In this document: positions 63,277 through 64,000 of the stretch, in pieces
How positions within the stretch are numbered: the stretch's first letter is position 1
Layout: every line of letters begins with the position of its first letter
Notes under the pieces: model-generated
Seen by the model: only the letters and a program-made list of their open reading frames with translations
What the model was told of the DNA's origin: nothing
Databases searched by the model: none
Assembly (NCBI GenBank): GCA_002633005.1
Contig: NMRA01000188.1
Span: forward strand, 418,921-482,920
From: Phoronis australis
Lineage: Eukaryota; Animalia; Phoronida
Length of the DNA stretch: 64,000 bases
Direction of reading: 5' to 3'
Position numbers and translations under genes: made by a program

Positions 63277-64000
63277 TATTTATTAATGTAATATTTACAA
63301 TGAGGGTAGCCCCATCAGTTCACACTGCTTTCCATGGGAGCCCTCAGTAAAAAACAAACAGATAGTAAGACAAAAACAGAATTACACAATGAAAGACAAA
63401 TTTAAGTAATAAGCAAAGAATAAGAAATTAACATGGAAAGACTGATGAAGCAAAATAAAAAATAAAATATGATAAATAAAAGATAAAGACATTAAGACAA
63501 GATAATTAACAAAAAAATAAAGAAAATATAAATATAAAAAATTAAAACAGACAATAAATAATTAGTAAAAGTAAGATAATATATAAATAACAAATGAATG
63601 AACATGCAATTTAGACACTACATGGAGTTAAATCTATTTCTTACAATTCTTTTAAAGGTTAGAAAGGATGATGTAGATTTGGCATCTGCAGGGAGAGAGT
63701 TCCATAAAAAGGGCCCGCTGTAGGAAAACGATATTTTCCCAGTCTCGCTTCTGCGTTTAGGAAGACTGAAATCAGATAATGATGAGGACCTAGCGATTAG
63801 TAGTCATCTTAAACTTAGCACATAAGTAAGATGGGACAAGGCCTTTAAAACATTTGTACATACAACAAGCAGATAGGAATTGATGTCTTGTGTGAATTTT
63901 CATTATACCAGTCTCTTTATGAAGGTTTTCGATACTAATATCTCTAACACAAACATCTCCCAGAATAATCTGGGAAGCCCTACTTTGGATAAACTGGATG
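63277..64000 (-). mobile_element. 3' end of an L2/CR1-group LINE running off the window
   Basis: Reverse complement GAGGGCTCCCATGGAAAGCAG...CTACCCTCA plus TAAA tail, like 21810-21890. GKISFSYSGPFLWNSLP motif at 63690-63745. Confidence 0.85.

Overview
AT-rich, repeat-dense animal genomic DNA, probably an invertebrate bilaterian; it is not prokaryotic. Host genes, all on the minus strand: (1) an apparently intact six-coding-exon flavin-containing monooxygenase (39270->30166, 547 aa by my splice reconstruction); (2) a cluster of single-exon class A GPCRs, with one intact copy (61053-62081), two frameshifted copies (18413-19394, 51112-52114) and the upstream region of a probable fourth copy just left of the window. 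Shared flanks show that a two-GPCR block was duplicated on either side of the FMO. The rest is mostly transposon debris. At 2-14 kb there is a nested stack: a CCC-ended TIR element with TCCTATAGGA arrays, a Helentron-type non-autonomous element, an ISL2EU element (THAP transposase plus SAP/YqaJ gene, AT TSD) and a TA-flanked TIR element. Elsewhere lie L1/Tx1, L2/CR1-group, HERO-like RLE LINE, Penelope-like, Gypsy and IS3EU-like fragments, LTRs and MITEs. The most striking signal is a complete hammerhead ribozyme core in a non-circularly permuted strand order in the 3' UTR of the HERO-like LINE (minus strand, 24310-24381). All alignments and folds were done by eye.
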